Notes: generated from the sequence alone by a model not told the origin. Positions 50,067-60,399 are shown, numbered from the stretch's first letter. The stretch: 64,000 bases of DNA from Candidatus Woesearchaeota archaeon UBA525 (GCA_002498125.1 DAGG01000027.1:35862-99861), one strand, 5' to 3'. Made by a program: numbers and translations.

Positions 50067-51113
50067 ATGGTGGGGCACGCACTCGTTCTTGACTGGCAGA
50101 AGAAGCTCGGCTTCAGGAAAGACCCGTTCGATACAGGCATACCACAACCTGTTGCAAGACACATCGTCGGCATGGAGGAGCTACAGGAACGCATGAACCT
50201 CTTCCTCATCAAAGACGAGCGTTTCGGGACAGTGCGCGGCGGCAAAGGCATGGGCAAGACCATGTTCCTGCGCTGGGCAGAGCACGAACTCGCTCCGCAG
50301 AAGACGCACCTGCAGCACTACATCGACGCATCGAAGTCAGATTCGCGAGAGAGCATCGTCTCGCAGCTACTCAAGGAACGGCTCACATTCATCGAGCGCT
50401 TCCGCAAGAAGCCGCTCAAGGCCAGCGCAGAGGAGAAGGAGCGCACGCTCCTGGAGCGTCTCGCTCACGAGGACCGCAATGTCCTCCTCGTGGACAACGC
50501 CGGAAGCTTAGGCGAGGAGGAGCTCGGGCTCATCATGATGATCATCGAGCGCACGCCTACGCATGCAATCTTCGCCGATACACGGGAGCGCTTGGCGAAG
50601 ATGAAGCTGCCGCAGGACAGGTTACAGCTCGAGCTGCCCACATACACGCGGGAGCAGCTCATCGAAATCCTGCAGCGCCGCATCGAGAGCGCTGGCGGCA
50701 GAGGGACATACCCATTCAGCGAGCAGGACCTCGCTTCGCTCACAAAACGCATGCCGTCGCCGGCAGACCTGTTCGTGCATGCGCGCGAGCGTGCCATCGA
50801 GCTCAGCCTCAAAGCGGCTCCCGCGCCCAAATCAGACTCCAAGTTCCTTAGCATCAAGGTCCAACGGCCTGAACCGGTCGCCGAACCCATCGCTGATGCT
50901 GCAGCTCTCTCCGAAGTCGTGAACGCGAAGCCGGAGCCGGCTCCAGCGCCCAAGGCAGTGGAGAAACCGGTCTCCTTGGAAGAGGTGACCGCCTCGCTCA
51001 AGCGCCATCCGCGCAAGAAGAAAGAAGCTGTCATGCAGCGCCCAAAGGAGCGTAAAAAGAACGTTCGCAAGACCAAGCACGACAAGCTTGTTGAGAGAAT
51101 CGCTAAAAGGTGA
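50067..51113 (+). CDS. P-loop NTPase-like protein with lysine-rich C-terminal tail
   Basis: GGKGMGKT Walker-A-like motif; LLVDNA Walker-B-like motif lacking the acidic residue. Confidence 0.4.
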   Translation: MVGHALVLDWQKKLGFRKDPFDTGIPQPVARHIVGMEELQERMNLFLIKDERFGTVRGGKGMGKTMFLRWAEHELAPQKTHLQHYIDASKSDSRESIVSQLLKERLTFIERFRKKPLKASAEEKERTLLERLAHEDRNVLLVDNAGSLGEEELGLIMMIIERTPTHAIFADTRERLAKMKLPQDRLQLELPTYTREQLIEILQRRIESAGGRGTYPFSEQDLASLTKRMPSPADLFVHARERAIELSLKAAPAPKSDSKFLSIKVQRPEPVAEPIADAAALSEVVNAKPEPAPAPKAVEKPVSLEEVTASLKRHPRKKKEAVMQRPKERKKNVRKTKHDKLVERIAKR

Positions 51114-51116
51114 ATT

Positions 51117-51914
51117 ATGGAAGAGATGGAGATCAGCATGAAAATCAAGCCCATCTACCTCGAGCGACTGCTGTACTGGATCATCATCCTCGTGCTTGCA
51201 GTGCTGCTCGTGATCGCGTGGGCAGACGATACGGTCACTGATGAGACCGACACTAAGACGGTCGGACAGGAGCAGGGGGCAGGCACAGTGACGCCGCCGG
51301 CAGAAGAGACGCCGGTAGCCGAACCTGAAGAGAGCTGCAGCGACGGCTCCAAGAACCAAGATGAAACCGACATCGATTGCGGCGGCGATTGCACGAAGTG
51401 CGCGCTCACCAAGGCTTGCGCAGTAAACAGCGATTGCATCAGCGGCATCTGCAGCCAGAACGTCTGCGTCAAGGAAGCCCCGGTCACCTTGAGTGGCAAG
51501 ATGGAGATGGACGTCACTGCAATCGATAAAACCATTGCAACCAACAACGGTGCAGTAAAAGTGACTGCGCTTACATTCACAGTAAAGAATGGCCTCGAGG
51601 ACGACTACGACCAACTCCTCGTGAAGGTCTATGTGAAGAACAAGGGAGGCACGAGGTGCTACAACCAGCAGACACCAGGCCTGTGCGATGACTCCTATGC
51701 TGAGTTCTTCACCGGCGCAGTCAAAAGCGGCAAGACGCTGACGACTTCCAAGTCGCTAAGCAAGGATGACTATACCTCCAAAGTCGGCAACTTCGTAGTG
51801 GATGACACAAGCGCGCCCGCATCGGAGTTCCAGGTCGTAGCCTATGTCTACGACAAGAACGGCAACGAGATTGACGGCAAGAGCATCAGCGACGCCATCG
51901 TCGTGAAGGCTTAA
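51117..51914 (+). CDS. membrane-anchored secreted protein with Cys-rich module
   Basis: TM anchor; CSDGS...DCGGDCTKCAL...CISGICSQNVC. Confidence 0.4.
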   Translation: MEEMEISMKIKPIYLERLLYWIIILVLAVLLVIAWADDTVTDETDTKTVGQEQGAGTVTPPAEETPVAEPEESCSDGSKNQDETDIDCGGDCTKCALTKACAVNSDCISGICSQNVCVKEAPVTLSGKMEMDVTAIDKTIATNNGAVKVTALTFTVKNGLEDDYDQLLVKVYVKNKGGTRCYNQQTPGLCDDSYAEFFTGAVKSGKTLTTSKSLSKDDYTSKVGNFVVDDTSAPASEFQVVAYVYDKNGNEIDGKSISDAIVVKA

Positions 51915-52139
51915 TCTTTTTCGTACTTTTTTCATATTTTCCTTACTCCTAACATTTGCTAATCCATACTCATTTTTCCTAATTCCAAAAACGCTGCCTT
52001 GGCTTGAATCAAAGGGCGCAGCGACTCGGAGGCCACAGGCCGAACGAGACAGTGCTGCGCCCGACTTCACGCTGCACCAGCAGCAAGGCGCCGCAGCAAA
52101 AAAGGCCGCGGGTGCATAACCTTTTTCGGGGGTGAACAC

Positions 52140-52628
52140 ATGAAGAACCATATCATCGCAGCCGTCGCAGTCGCGATGCTGCTCGTCACTATCGCAAGCG
52201 CTCTAGCATTGGTCGCGGGACCATTCACGAGAGAAGAGGCGCTCGCGGCATCGCAGGACCCGCGATTCTACAACGAGCTCGGGTACATGCTCGCGCAGCA
52301 AGAAGAGACCGCGGCAGCACAGGATGCCTTCGAGCGCGCAGTCGAGATGGACTCGCAGTATGTCCGCGCCCGCAGCAACCTCGCCACTATCGCGTTCCAG
52401 AACGCTGACTACACGACGGCGATTGAGCAGCTGCGTTGGCTGACCAGCGAGTCCCCTGATGCAGGTTACAGCTTCGACCTAGCGCAGAATCTCGTCCACC
52501 AAGCGCGCTTCGTAGACCAGGACCTCACCAAACTCGAGGAGGCCGCTGCAATCTTCGAGAGCCTTGGCGACTACCCGAACGCGGCGGAGAATGCGAGAAT
52601 TGTCAGGAACGTGCTGGGAACAGTCTAA
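52140..52628 (+). CDS. secreted TPR-like protein
   Basis: Signal peptide; helical repeat character. Confidence 0.4.
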   Translation: MKNHIIAAVAVAMLLVTIASALALVAGPFTREEALAASQDPRFYNELGYMLAQQEETAAAQDAFERAVEMDSQYVRARSNLATIAFQNADYTTAIEQLRWLTSESPDAGYSFDLAQNLVHQARFVDQDLTKLEEAAAIFESLGDYPNAAENARIVRNVLGTV

Positions 52629-52649
52629 TACTATTTTTTCATATTTTTT

Positions 52650-53105
52650 CTACTTCACACTCATCGAAGCTGTCAGGCAGAGCGTTGAGTAGGCAAGGAA
52701 CATGTCATCGACACAGTCCTTGACCAGCGCAGGGTTCTCACGCATCTGAGCAGCATTCACCACTGCGCTGCTGAGGTAATAGACTGCTGCGGCAGCAGTA
52801 GGCGCACGGGTGAACCAGGTCAAGGTCTTCGCAGTCATGTTCCATGGCTTCTCAGAATCCCGGCAGACATTGCGCATGAGATCGGCGGTGTACGCCACCC
52901 CGAACGCCATAATCCCTGCCGGCGTCTCATCCTGCCTCGCGACATAACCGCACATCCCGCCAAAGGCAGCGAAATTCAGCAGGTGGGCGAGGAGGTAGCT
53001 CGAGCCCACACGCGCCTCCCATGAGCGCTTCACACCTGAGAACACGCCGATAATCTCGCTGTTGACAGTATTACCCGCACGTACAAAGCCCTCTAAGCCA
53101 CCCAT
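52650..53105 (-). CDS. hypothetical protein
   Basis: 151 aa. Confidence 0.3.
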   Translation of the reverse strand: MGGLEGFVRAGNTVNSEIIGVFSGVKRSWEARVGSSYLLAHLLNFAAFGGMCGYVARQDETPAGIMAFGVAYTADLMRNVCRDSEKPWNMTAKTLTWFTRAPTAAAAVYYLSSAVVNAAQMRENPALVKDCVDDMFLAYSTLCLTASMSVK

Positions 53106-53234
53106 ATGAAAGAATTCCTGAGAACAGTTGATAAGGATTATGGCCTGGATGCGTCACTCTTCAACACCGGTACCCCTCCTGGCGCCATGCATCATACCAC
53201 TCCGCGCGCCATCGATGTTTAACAGCGAGTTTGG

Positions 53235-54038
53235 CTAGAGCCGCTTGTGGAAACCTGATCGCTGCATCTCAAACGACGGAAGCACGGGCTTCACATCCGC
53301 CATATCGTTGAGCCACAAGGGCACACGATAAGTGTCTGGTCGCACCGGGTCGTTCTTCGCCAGGTAACGGTGTGAAGGTGCGAATCCCATCGTATAGAGA
53401 GAGGAAATAACTTCAGGAGAGGAGAGTGGTGCGCCCTCGTTCTTCTGCAGCAGCACAGAGAGGTAGAGCGACTGGCCCTCCGTCGTGTCGAAATCCACGC
53501 CATACACCTGCGCCACATTCCCTCCCATCACAGGAGCTGGGAAGGAACTATCTGAGAACAGCCACAGGTGTCGCGATATGCGGTACAAGTCACTATCGCC
53601 ACCGCCAAGAGTGGCTGCATTGGATGACTGCGGCGAGAGGCCGGCGCGAAAAAGAATCATGCGCACATCATCGAAAGCTGATGGGATAAGCCTCTTGTCA
53701 TTAGTCTGGAAGTAGCGTTTGTCGAGCTCCATGCGAGAAGGGAGTCTGGTCCTGTTTATTTAGCTTCTCCACGGAGAATGCCCAAAGGCGATGAGCATGT
53801 CAAAGCCGAGGTGGCGGACGTGGATGGGCGCGTCGCAGGCGCCAAAGCAGGAGTCTGCCCAGAACACGAGCTGGATACCAGGGCATTCCCGGGCGATGGT
53901 CCTCCTGATCTGGTCAGCGTGCGGCTTGAGGCCGTCAGGGAGCTGGATGAGGATCATCTTCGCTTCTTTGGCCTTGATCTCCTTTATGGCGTCATCAAGT
54001 TGGAGATCGTAGGTCTCGTTCTCTATGGTGTGCGCCAT
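53235..54038 (-). pseudogene. dph2: dph2 (2-(3-amino-3-carboxypropyl)histidine synthase) interrupted by one in-frame TAA: N-part 53760..54038, C-part 53235..53732
   Basis: The N-part (ILIQLPDGL...CFGACD...IAFGHS) aligns to the Dph2 N-terminus and the C-part resembles downstream Dph2 segments. Both parts are in the same frame, separated by a TAA at 53760-53762 plus 9 codons. Confidence 0.55.
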
Positions 54039-54080
54039 TGCTTCGGAGAACTCTAGGCCGTTTAAAAAGCTAGTGTAGAA

Positions 54081-54674
54081 CTACCACTTGCAGTTCAGCC
54101 AATGGTCCTTCATTTCGAAAGGAGACTCGGCGGGTTCAGGCAGCACGCCGTGTTCTTTCCTGATGAGCCGAGCGGCATATGCACAGGTATCTTCCAAGGT
54201 GTTGTGCACCGGGACGTGCGGCAAATCCTGCATTATCCTCCGCTTGATGTAACGGCCTCCGCTGAAGCCATCTTCGATGCCGATAGCGAACCCACGCTCT
54301 GCCCAGGTCGGCAAGTGGTGCCTGCGGTACCAGCCGAACCACTCGCCAAGCTCGAAGCGCGAGGTCTGAGCGTACGCCCGGCCGCAGTCATGACGGTCCT
54401 CCTTAGCAAGCCACAAGAGAATAGTGCCGTAGTTCGCGGCATCGCGCAGGTGATGCGTCTCCCAGTCCACCTGCTCGTTGTACATCTCATCGCTGAAATC
54501 CCCCTTGAATTCCACATCCCTGCGCGGGTTAGCGATGATGAGATTCGGCTCGAGACTGTGGATGATGCCTGCAGCTGTCTGCTGCCAGTTGTCCGCGCCC
54601 TGGATAGGACCTGCGAGAAAAACGCTAGGATTGCTGTACTGCCGGTATGATGGAGGCGTCAGCACGATGCCCAT
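54081..54674 (-). CDS. nucleoside 2-deoxyribosyltransferase-like protein
   Basis: VFLAGPIQG motif. Confidence 0.45.
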   Translation of the reverse strand: MGIVLTPPSYRQYSNPSVFLAGPIQGADNWQQTAAGIIHSLEPNLIIANPRRDVEFKGDFSDEMYNEQVDWETHHLRDAANYGTILLWLAKEDRHDCGRAYAQTSRFELGEWFGWYRRHHLPTWAERGFAIGIEDGFSGGRYIKRRIMQDLPHVPVHNTLEDTCAYAARLIRKEHGVLPEPAESPFEMKDHWLNCKW

Positions 54675-54708
54675 ACTCTCCCAATCATAACCTAGAATAA
54701 AAAGTTAT

Positions 54709-56985
54709 TCACTCATTACTCTTCTTTGGGATCTTCACGATTGTCTTGCAATCCGGGTAGCGGTCGCAACCCAGGAACATGCCGTACATGCTCTTGCGAA
54801 GCGCGAGCTTACCCTGGCCGCAATTCGGGCACGGCTTACCCTCGCCAGCCTCTGCCGCGAGTTTCTTCTGCTCCTCGTCTGCCTTGAGCTTGACTGGGCA
54901 CTGTGGATTGACACACTGGGCTGATGGCCCCTTGCCCTTGCGGATGATTGTGACCTGCGGGAACTGGCAGTGCTCGCAGGGCTTGTCGTTCTTCTGGACC
55001 AGGCCGAACTGCGGCAGCGAGAATATCGTGCTGCAGTCAGGGTACTTGTCGCAGCCGATGAAGCGGCGCTTGGTCTTCTTGCTGAACATGATCTTGAGCG
55101 TCCCCTCCTTGCACACAGGGCAGGGGGAGAGCGTGCTGACGATGTCCTGCTCCATGCGTCGCGCCTCGATGAGGCCTTCTCCAGTCTTCAGCTCGGTCTT
55201 CTTGAACTTCTTCAGGATCTTATCGAGCTCTGTCTTGGCCTCGTCAAGCACCTCATCAGAAGTCTTCTCGTTGCTGCGGATCTGCTCGAGCTCTTCTTCG
55301 AAGTGCTGCGTGAGCGCCTCGTCCACTATCTCAGGCGCTGCCTTCTCTAGGATCTCGTAGATTTTCATGCCGAGCTCTGTCGCCTCGAAGCTCCGCTGGC
55401 CCTTCACGTAGTTACGGCGCACGAGGGCGTCGATGATCTCAGCACGCGTCGCCTTGGTGCCGAGGCCACGCTTCTCCAGCTCGTTCACGAGCGAGGCGGG
55501 CGTGTAGCGGCGCGGCGGCTGCGTCTGCTTTTTGAGCATATGGAGCTTGTCATAGGCAACGGTCTCGTGCTCCTTGAAGCTGGGCAGCTCCTCCTCTTTG
55601 AGGTCGACGAACGGGTCGTAGAGCTCGTGCCAGCCGCGCTTGATTGTGCGCGTTCCCTTGGTGATGAAGCGCTCGCCTGCGATGACGATGGACACGGTGT
55701 TGGTCTCGCGCACCGCCTCCTCGCCGAACGTGGCCATGAAGCGCTTGACGATGAGCTCGTAAACCTTGGCCTCTCGTCCACTCACGCTCGGGATGAGTCC
55801 TGTCGGGAAGATGGCCGGGTGCGCTGGGTCCTCCTTCTTTCCTTCGTTCGGTGTGAGCAAGGATTTATCGAGTAGGAACTCTGCGTTCTTGCTGAAGTGC
55901 TCGTGCTTGGCGAGCAGTCCCAGGATTTTGCGATAGCCGATCTTCGGCGGGAGCTTCTGGCTGCTCGTACGCGGGTAGGAGATGTATGCGCCGGTGTAGA
56001 GGCTCTGGGCGATGGCGAGTGTGTCCTTGGGGCTGATGCCGAAGGCACGGTATGATTCTGTCTGTAGCGATCCGAGGTCGAATGGTGTCGGGGCTGACTG
56101 CTTGAACTCGCGCCGCTCGACGCGGTCGATGACTGCGGGCTTTCCCTTGCACTTCTTGAGTATGTCCTTGGCGGCACTTTCCTTGTCGAAGGAGTCGTTC
56201 TCGTGGAGCGCTATCCAGCGCTTGGCGCGGTGCTCGCCAGTGAGCTCAATCTGCCAGTAGTCCTCTGGGATGAATGCCTTGATTTCGCGCTCGCGCTCCA
56301 CCACTATCTTGAGCGATGGTCCCTGTACGCGGCCGGTGCTGAGGATCATGAAGCTGCCCGCGGTCTTGACGCTGGTCGTGAGTGCGCGGCTTACGTTGAT
56401 GCCGTAGAACCAATCGAGGATGTGGCGCGTGACGCCGGCGTTCGCCTGTCCCCAGTCGAGGTGGGACTGCTTCTCGCTATAGGCCTCGCGGAGGTCTTCG
56501 GCGGTGACTGTGCTGAACTTCATGCGGTTCGCGTCCTTCTGGCCGCAGAGGTGCTTGATGATATTGAGTCCTATGGTCTCGCCTTCGATATCGTAGTCTG
56601 TGGCGACCGTGAACTCCTTGGCGCCCTTGGAGAGCTTCTTGAGCGCTGTGGCGTACTTGCGACTGAACGAGGATCCTTTCTCGACATCTGCGGTGAGGTG
56701 CCATTCGACATCGTAGCTCGGGTACTTGAAGCTCTTCTCCTTCTCCGCGACAGTGTAGAGGTGTCCTACAGCGCTTGCCACCACGATATCCTTGCCGCTA
56801 TTGCTGAGTTCATAGAAGTTCACGCCGCTATCAGATTTCTTGAGCGGCTTGCCGTCAGCGAGCGCCTGGGCAATCTTCTCCATCGTGGAGGGCTTCTCGC
56901 AGATGATGAGCTCATAGCCAGAACCGGCCGGAGATGCACTGCGGGTGGCTGTCTTCGTCGCTTTCTTCACTGCCTTTTTCGCCAT
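54709..56985 (-). CDS. topA: DNA topoisomerase I (type IA) with C-terminal zinc ribbons
   Basis: Toprim LIICEKPS; active-site GAYISYPRTSS; CPVC...C ribbons. Confidence 0.9.
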   Translation of the reverse strand: MAKKAVKKATKTATRSASPAGSGYELIICEKPSTMEKIAQALADGKPLKKSDSGVNFYELSNSGKDIVVASAVGHLYTVAEKEKSFKYPSYDVEWHLTADVEKGSSFSRKYATALKKLSKGAKEFTVATDYDIEGETIGLNIIKHLCGQKDANRMKFSTVTAEDLREAYSEKQSHLDWGQANAGVTRHILDWFYGINVSRALTTSVKTAGSFMILSTGRVQGPSLKIVVEREREIKAFIPEDYWQIELTGEHRAKRWIALHENDSFDKESAAKDILKKCKGKPAVIDRVERREFKQSAPTPFDLGSLQTESYRAFGISPKDTLAIAQSLYTGAYISYPRTSSQKLPPKIGYRKILGLLAKHEHFSKNAEFLLDKSLLTPNEGKKEDPAHPAIFPTGLIPSVSGREAKVYELIVKRFMATFGEEAVRETNTVSIVIAGERFITKGTRTIKRGWHELYDPFVDLKEEELPSFKEHETVAYDKLHMLKKQTQPPRRYTPASLVNELEKRGLGTKATRAEIIDALVRRNYVKGQRSFEATELGMKIYEILEKAAPEIVDEALTQHFEEELEQIRSNEKTSDEVLDEAKTELDKILKKFKKTELKTGEGLIEARRMEQDIVSTLSPCPVCKEGTLKIMFSKKTKRRFIGCDKYPDCSTIFSLPQFGLVQKNDKPCEHCQFPQVTIIRKGKGPSAQCVNPQCPVKLKADEEQKKLAAEAGEGKPCPNCGQGKLALRKSMYGMFLGCDRYPDCKTIVKIPKKSNE

Positions 56986-57231
56986 TGTGGACCTAATTCT
57001 TTTCTATATACTATAGTGTGCAGGGTGGTAAGGACCCAGTGTGGCTTTAAAAAGGTTTTCTGGCGACCCTGGGAAACCCTCCGGAACAGCCCAATAACTC
57101 TTATTACCCCTGCGCCAATAGACCAATAACTGCCAGGATGTCTGAACTACGCCGAGTAGGACATAATCATATCCGTTTCCTTAAATAAGGTTTATATATG
57201 CTCATATACGGGTCAGTGCAAGAGGGTTATA

Positions 57232-57780
57232 TTGCACTGGAGTAGCGTACCCGAAGATGTGATGCAGCAATTACGAATTACCCTTCGAGGCGACTGGCAA
57301 ACGTTACCCAACATCTACCCAGGCAATCCCGGCAGCCTTGGCGCAGTGATGGGGGCGCTACGCGATATAGTACCACGAAATTCTCCGCTTGATCACTACA
57401 TCAACAGGACTGCGCGAAGGCAGTGGGCAAATCCCGCATCACGCAATCCTGCTCTCGCACTCATCATCCTCAAGGAATCCCCGGAGATTAGGGAGCGCAC
57501 CTTCCCCGAACACCTGGAGTACGTGCTCAGCAAGGAGATGCTCAGCGCAGCGCAAGCGCCACTGCTCGTCTATGATACATTGAGAGCATTCTACCCAAAC
57601 AGGCAAGTGCCTGCAAAGCTCAAGGAAATCTACAGCAGGGAGATGGTGAGATCTCTCCTCGAAGACCGCTATCGCAACCACAGTGGTGTCGCTGATGCGT
57701 ATATGCGCGAACTCTACCCTGCAAGACCACGCCCCGAGCACAGAGGCACAGGCGTGCCTGCTCATGCCTTGCTCAAGTGA
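57232..57780 (+). CDS. hypothetical protein
   Basis: 182 aa. Confidence 0.35.
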   Translation: MHWSSVPEDVMQQLRITLRGDWQTLPNIYPGNPGSLGAVMGALRDIVPRNSPLDHYINRTARRQWANPASRNPALALIILKESPEIRERTFPEHLEYVLSKEMLSAAQAPLLVYDTLRAFYPNRQVPAKLKEIYSREMVRSLLEDRYRNHSGVADAYMRELYPARPRPEHRGTGVPAHALLK

Positions 57781-57861
57781 CCTCTAAATTTAAATACGCC
57801 TCGCGTGGTCCCTCATCATCACCTCGGGTCTATGGTTTCGCGAAATCAAGGACCTGAGTAA

Positions 57862-57934
57862 GGGCCTATGGTGTAGCCTGGTATCACACGAGGTTTGGGA
57901 CCTCGGAACCGCGGTTCGAATCCGCGTAGGCCCG
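57862..57934 (+). tRNA. tRNA-Pro (anticodon TGG)
   Basis: Hand-folded: acceptor GGGCCTA/TAGGCCC, anticodon stem CGAGG/CCTCG with loop TTTGGGA, T-arm CGCGG-TTCGAAT-CCGCG, discriminator G. Confidence 0.65.
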
Positions 57935-58043
57935 TCAGGCTTTCAGCCTGACAGAACTCTGCGCTGCGGATTCGAACGTTCGCTCATTTCATTCGCTCGT
58001 TCGGCTCCTTTCGGACCCGAACAATCCGCGTAGGGCCGTGAAT

Positions 58044-58445
58044 TTAGTCTTTTCTCCGCAAGCCGATGATATAGAGCACTAGCAGGTTGACTATTGCGAC
58101 AGCCACCAGTACAATGGTGATGACGCCCGGCACAAGAAATTGCACCCCCCAAGTATTCTCTCCACATTGACTGTCCATGAAAGAGAAACTGAACAGGCCA
58201 AGGCCGAAAGCTATCAGGCCGCCGATGATGAACGCAATCAGAAAGCTCCAGTGCTTCCCCCTCGGCTTGAGCGAGTAGAAGGCGATGCTGCCGAGGACCC
58301 ACATCAAGGGCCACGTGAAAACTACGCCAATGCAGAGAAGATCACTGAAGAACTCTATGTGATCGAGCCACGCCCAAGACACCACCCACAAGAGAATGAT
58401 AGCTACGAACGTGATGTAGAACCATTGAGTCACTTTACGATTCAT
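58044..58445 (-). CDS. membrane protein (4 TM)
   Basis: Hydrophobic helices. Confidence 0.4.
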   Translation of the reverse strand: MNRKVTQWFYITFVAIILLWVVSWAWLDHIEFFSDLLCIGVVFTWPLMWVLGSIAFYSLKPRGKHWSFLIAFIIGGLIAFGLGLFSFSFMDSQCGENTWGVQFLVPGVITIVLVAVAIVNLLVLYIIGLRRKD

Positions 58446-58714
58446 ACGGCATCACCTCCATAGCACGATATAAAAATATGCTGGTAGAACGAGAACTGTC
58501 ACGCATCGGCACGGCAGGGAGCAGTTGAGTTAGTCTCGCATCCTAACATAACTGCCTCGTCGGAACTCGTGCCGAACCGAATGCATTTTTCTCGTCGGAG
58601 CGCTCGTACGCGCGCGAACGTATGTCCTAGAAGACCTAAAATTACTTAAAAGGACTGGTGTGACCACGATGGTCAAAAGAACCGGCGTGCTGAAGTGCGT
58701 CGGGAGGTGACAAA

Positions 58715-58840
58715 ATGTCAGAAGAGAACCAGAATCAGCCAGCACCGGAGACCGAGCAGACTGAGCAGCCTCAGGAAGAGACGCAGGAGGACAGCTCTTC
58801 TGAGCAGCCTTCCGAGCCTTCGTCAGAGACGGAAGAGTAA
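58715..58840 (+). CDS. 41-aa highly acidic peptide
   Basis: Manual translation MSEENQNQPAPETEQTEQPQEETQEDSSSEQPSEPSSETEE. Confidence 0.2.
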   Translation: MSEENQNQPAPETEQTEQPQEETQEDSSSEQPSEPSSETEE

Positions 58841-58891
58841 ATTTTCTTTACATCCTCTTTTTCAGTTTCTTAAAAAATGTGAAAAAAAATA

Positions 58892-59506
58892 TCACTCTGC
58901 ACGCGCCTGGAGCGAACCTGTACTGAAGTGAGAGATGCTATCTCCTGCTTTCATGTACTCGATGTTGAATGACGCCCTCATGCGACCGGATTCAAGCGGG
59001 CAGCTGAACGATGCCTGCGCAGAACCGCCGTTAGCAATCGGACCGAGGTCAATGGGAACGCCCGCCGGAGCATCGTAGCCGCAGCCGACAGTCATCTTGG
59101 CGCTGCTCATGTCCGCGCCAGCATAGTTACTGATACTGATAGTCGCATCGTCACCAGTCACACGGTACTGCGTGCAGCTGAAAGGCGGATTCGTTGTACA
59201 CTTGTCAGGCAGGAACTTATCAGGTTGGAGGACTCCGAAGTACGCGATCATGCCTACGATCATGAGGAACAGGAAGATGAGGTTGGTGACCAGGCCGATG
59301 ATGCCAAGCACGAGACCCGCTGTGGCCATGCCATTAGGAGCGATGGCCTTCTGCTTGCGCCAGTAGACTATGGCAAGGATACCGGTCACGAGACCGATAA
59401 TTGGGACGAGGAGTGCGACGAGACCCATGACAAGACTGATAGTCGCGTTCTTCGTGTCTGGAGTTGCTTGTATAGGTTGTGCCTGAGGGTCTGCCATGGC
59501 CTCCAT
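58892..59506 (-). CDS. membrane protein with extracytoplasmic Cys-containing domain
   Basis: Two TM helices followed by a C-terminal domain with 4 Cys. Confidence 0.45.
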   Translation of the reverse strand: MEAMADPQAQPIQATPDTKNATISLVMGLVALLVPIIGLVTGILAIVYWRKQKAIAPNGMATAGLVLGIIGLVTNLIFLFLMIVGMIAYFGVLQPDKFLPDKCTTNPPFSCTQYRVTGDDATISISNYAGADMSSAKMTVGCGYDAPAGVPIDLGPIANGGSAQASFSCPLESGRMRASFNIEYMKAGDSISHFSTGSLQARAE

Positions 59507-59530
59507 ACGGTAGAATCAGTTCTTAAGGTT

Positions 59531-60109
59531 TTAGCATCTGATAGCCTTCTGGCCACCAGTCGCACATACGATGCGGTCATCAGATACAGAGTAGCTGTCT
59601 ATCGCAGGGTTATCGACACGCTGCATGCAGCAGAGCCTGCGCGCGGCATCAGCAATCACTGCATCCTGCGCATCTTCACACCTCTCGAGGTCGCTCTTGA
59701 GGTTGGCGATATCAGTCCCCAGGCTCTTGATGATGAACTTGCTCTGGTTCGCAGTCTTATTCGCGAGATCGGTCACCGCGATGATCTCTGCACTGCACAC
59801 AGCGAGCTGACTCTGCGCAGTCTGGGCATCGAGCTTTGCGCTGTCGTACGCCTGCTGCAAGCGGAGGTTCTCATCTGTAAGCTCGCCAATCCGGTCATCA
59901 CTGTCCACATCAGTCTTATCACCTGAGAACAGCAGCATGAGAATAATAATGATGGCGGCAGCGATAGCGCTGACAATCACAAGCCGCTCCCGCACCCAAC
60001 GAAGGCCTATTCCCCAATCCATCAGCCTCCACCACACCCAGGGGTTTTTAAACATAGGTGTTCTCTCAGAGGAGAAACAAGATACCGCCTCCGTCGATAC
60101 CCCACCCAA
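59531..60109 (-). CDS. membrane-anchored coiled-coil protein
   Basis: TM helix followed by a coiled coil; start codon uncertain. Confidence 0.4.
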   Translation of the reverse strand: MGGVSTEAVSCFSSERTPMFKNPWVWWRLMDWGIGLRWVRERLVIVSAIAAAIIIILMLLFSGDKTDVDSDDRIGELTDENLRLQQAYDSAKLDAQTAQSQLAVCSAEIIAVTDLANKTANQSKFIIKSLGTDIANLKSDLERCEDAQDAVIADAARRLCCMQRVDNPAIDSYSVSDDRIVCATGGQKAIRC

Positions 60110-60152
60110 ACCTTTTTAAATCACCTGGCAATCCTCCAACATCTGAGGTCAT

Positions 60153-60398
60153 ATGGCAACCAAGAAGACGATCACACGTTTCGGCACACGCTACGGCCGC
60201 ACGATCAGGGAGCGCCTCGCGACTATCGAGGCAGGCTACCGCGGCAAGCACAAGTGCCCATACTGCAGCTACAATGACGTGACGCGCAAGGCAGCGGGTA
60301 TCTGGGAGTGCACGAAGTGCGCCACCAAGTTCACATCACGCGCATACCAGCTCACCAAGCCCACTGCGGTGAAGCGCGAGCAGGCAACGGAGGAGTGA
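60153..60398 (+). CDS. rpl37ae: 50S ribosomal protein L37ae
   Basis: FGTRYG...CPYC...GIWECTKC zinc-ribbon pattern. Confidence 0.85.
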   Translation: MATKKTITRFGTRYGRTIRERLATIEAGYRGKHKCPYCSYNDVTRKAAGIWECTKCATKFTSRAYQLTKPTAVKREQATEE

Positions 60399-60399
60399 G

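Noticed and set aside
56203-57129. 308-aa plus-strand ORF
   Set aside because: Antisense to topA.
57961-58041. Possible second tRNA or intron-containing tRNA downstream of tRNA-Pro
   Set aside because: Could not fold a cloverleaf on either strand; only the T-arm/acceptor 3' fragment is present, so it is treated as a repeat or att-like remnant.
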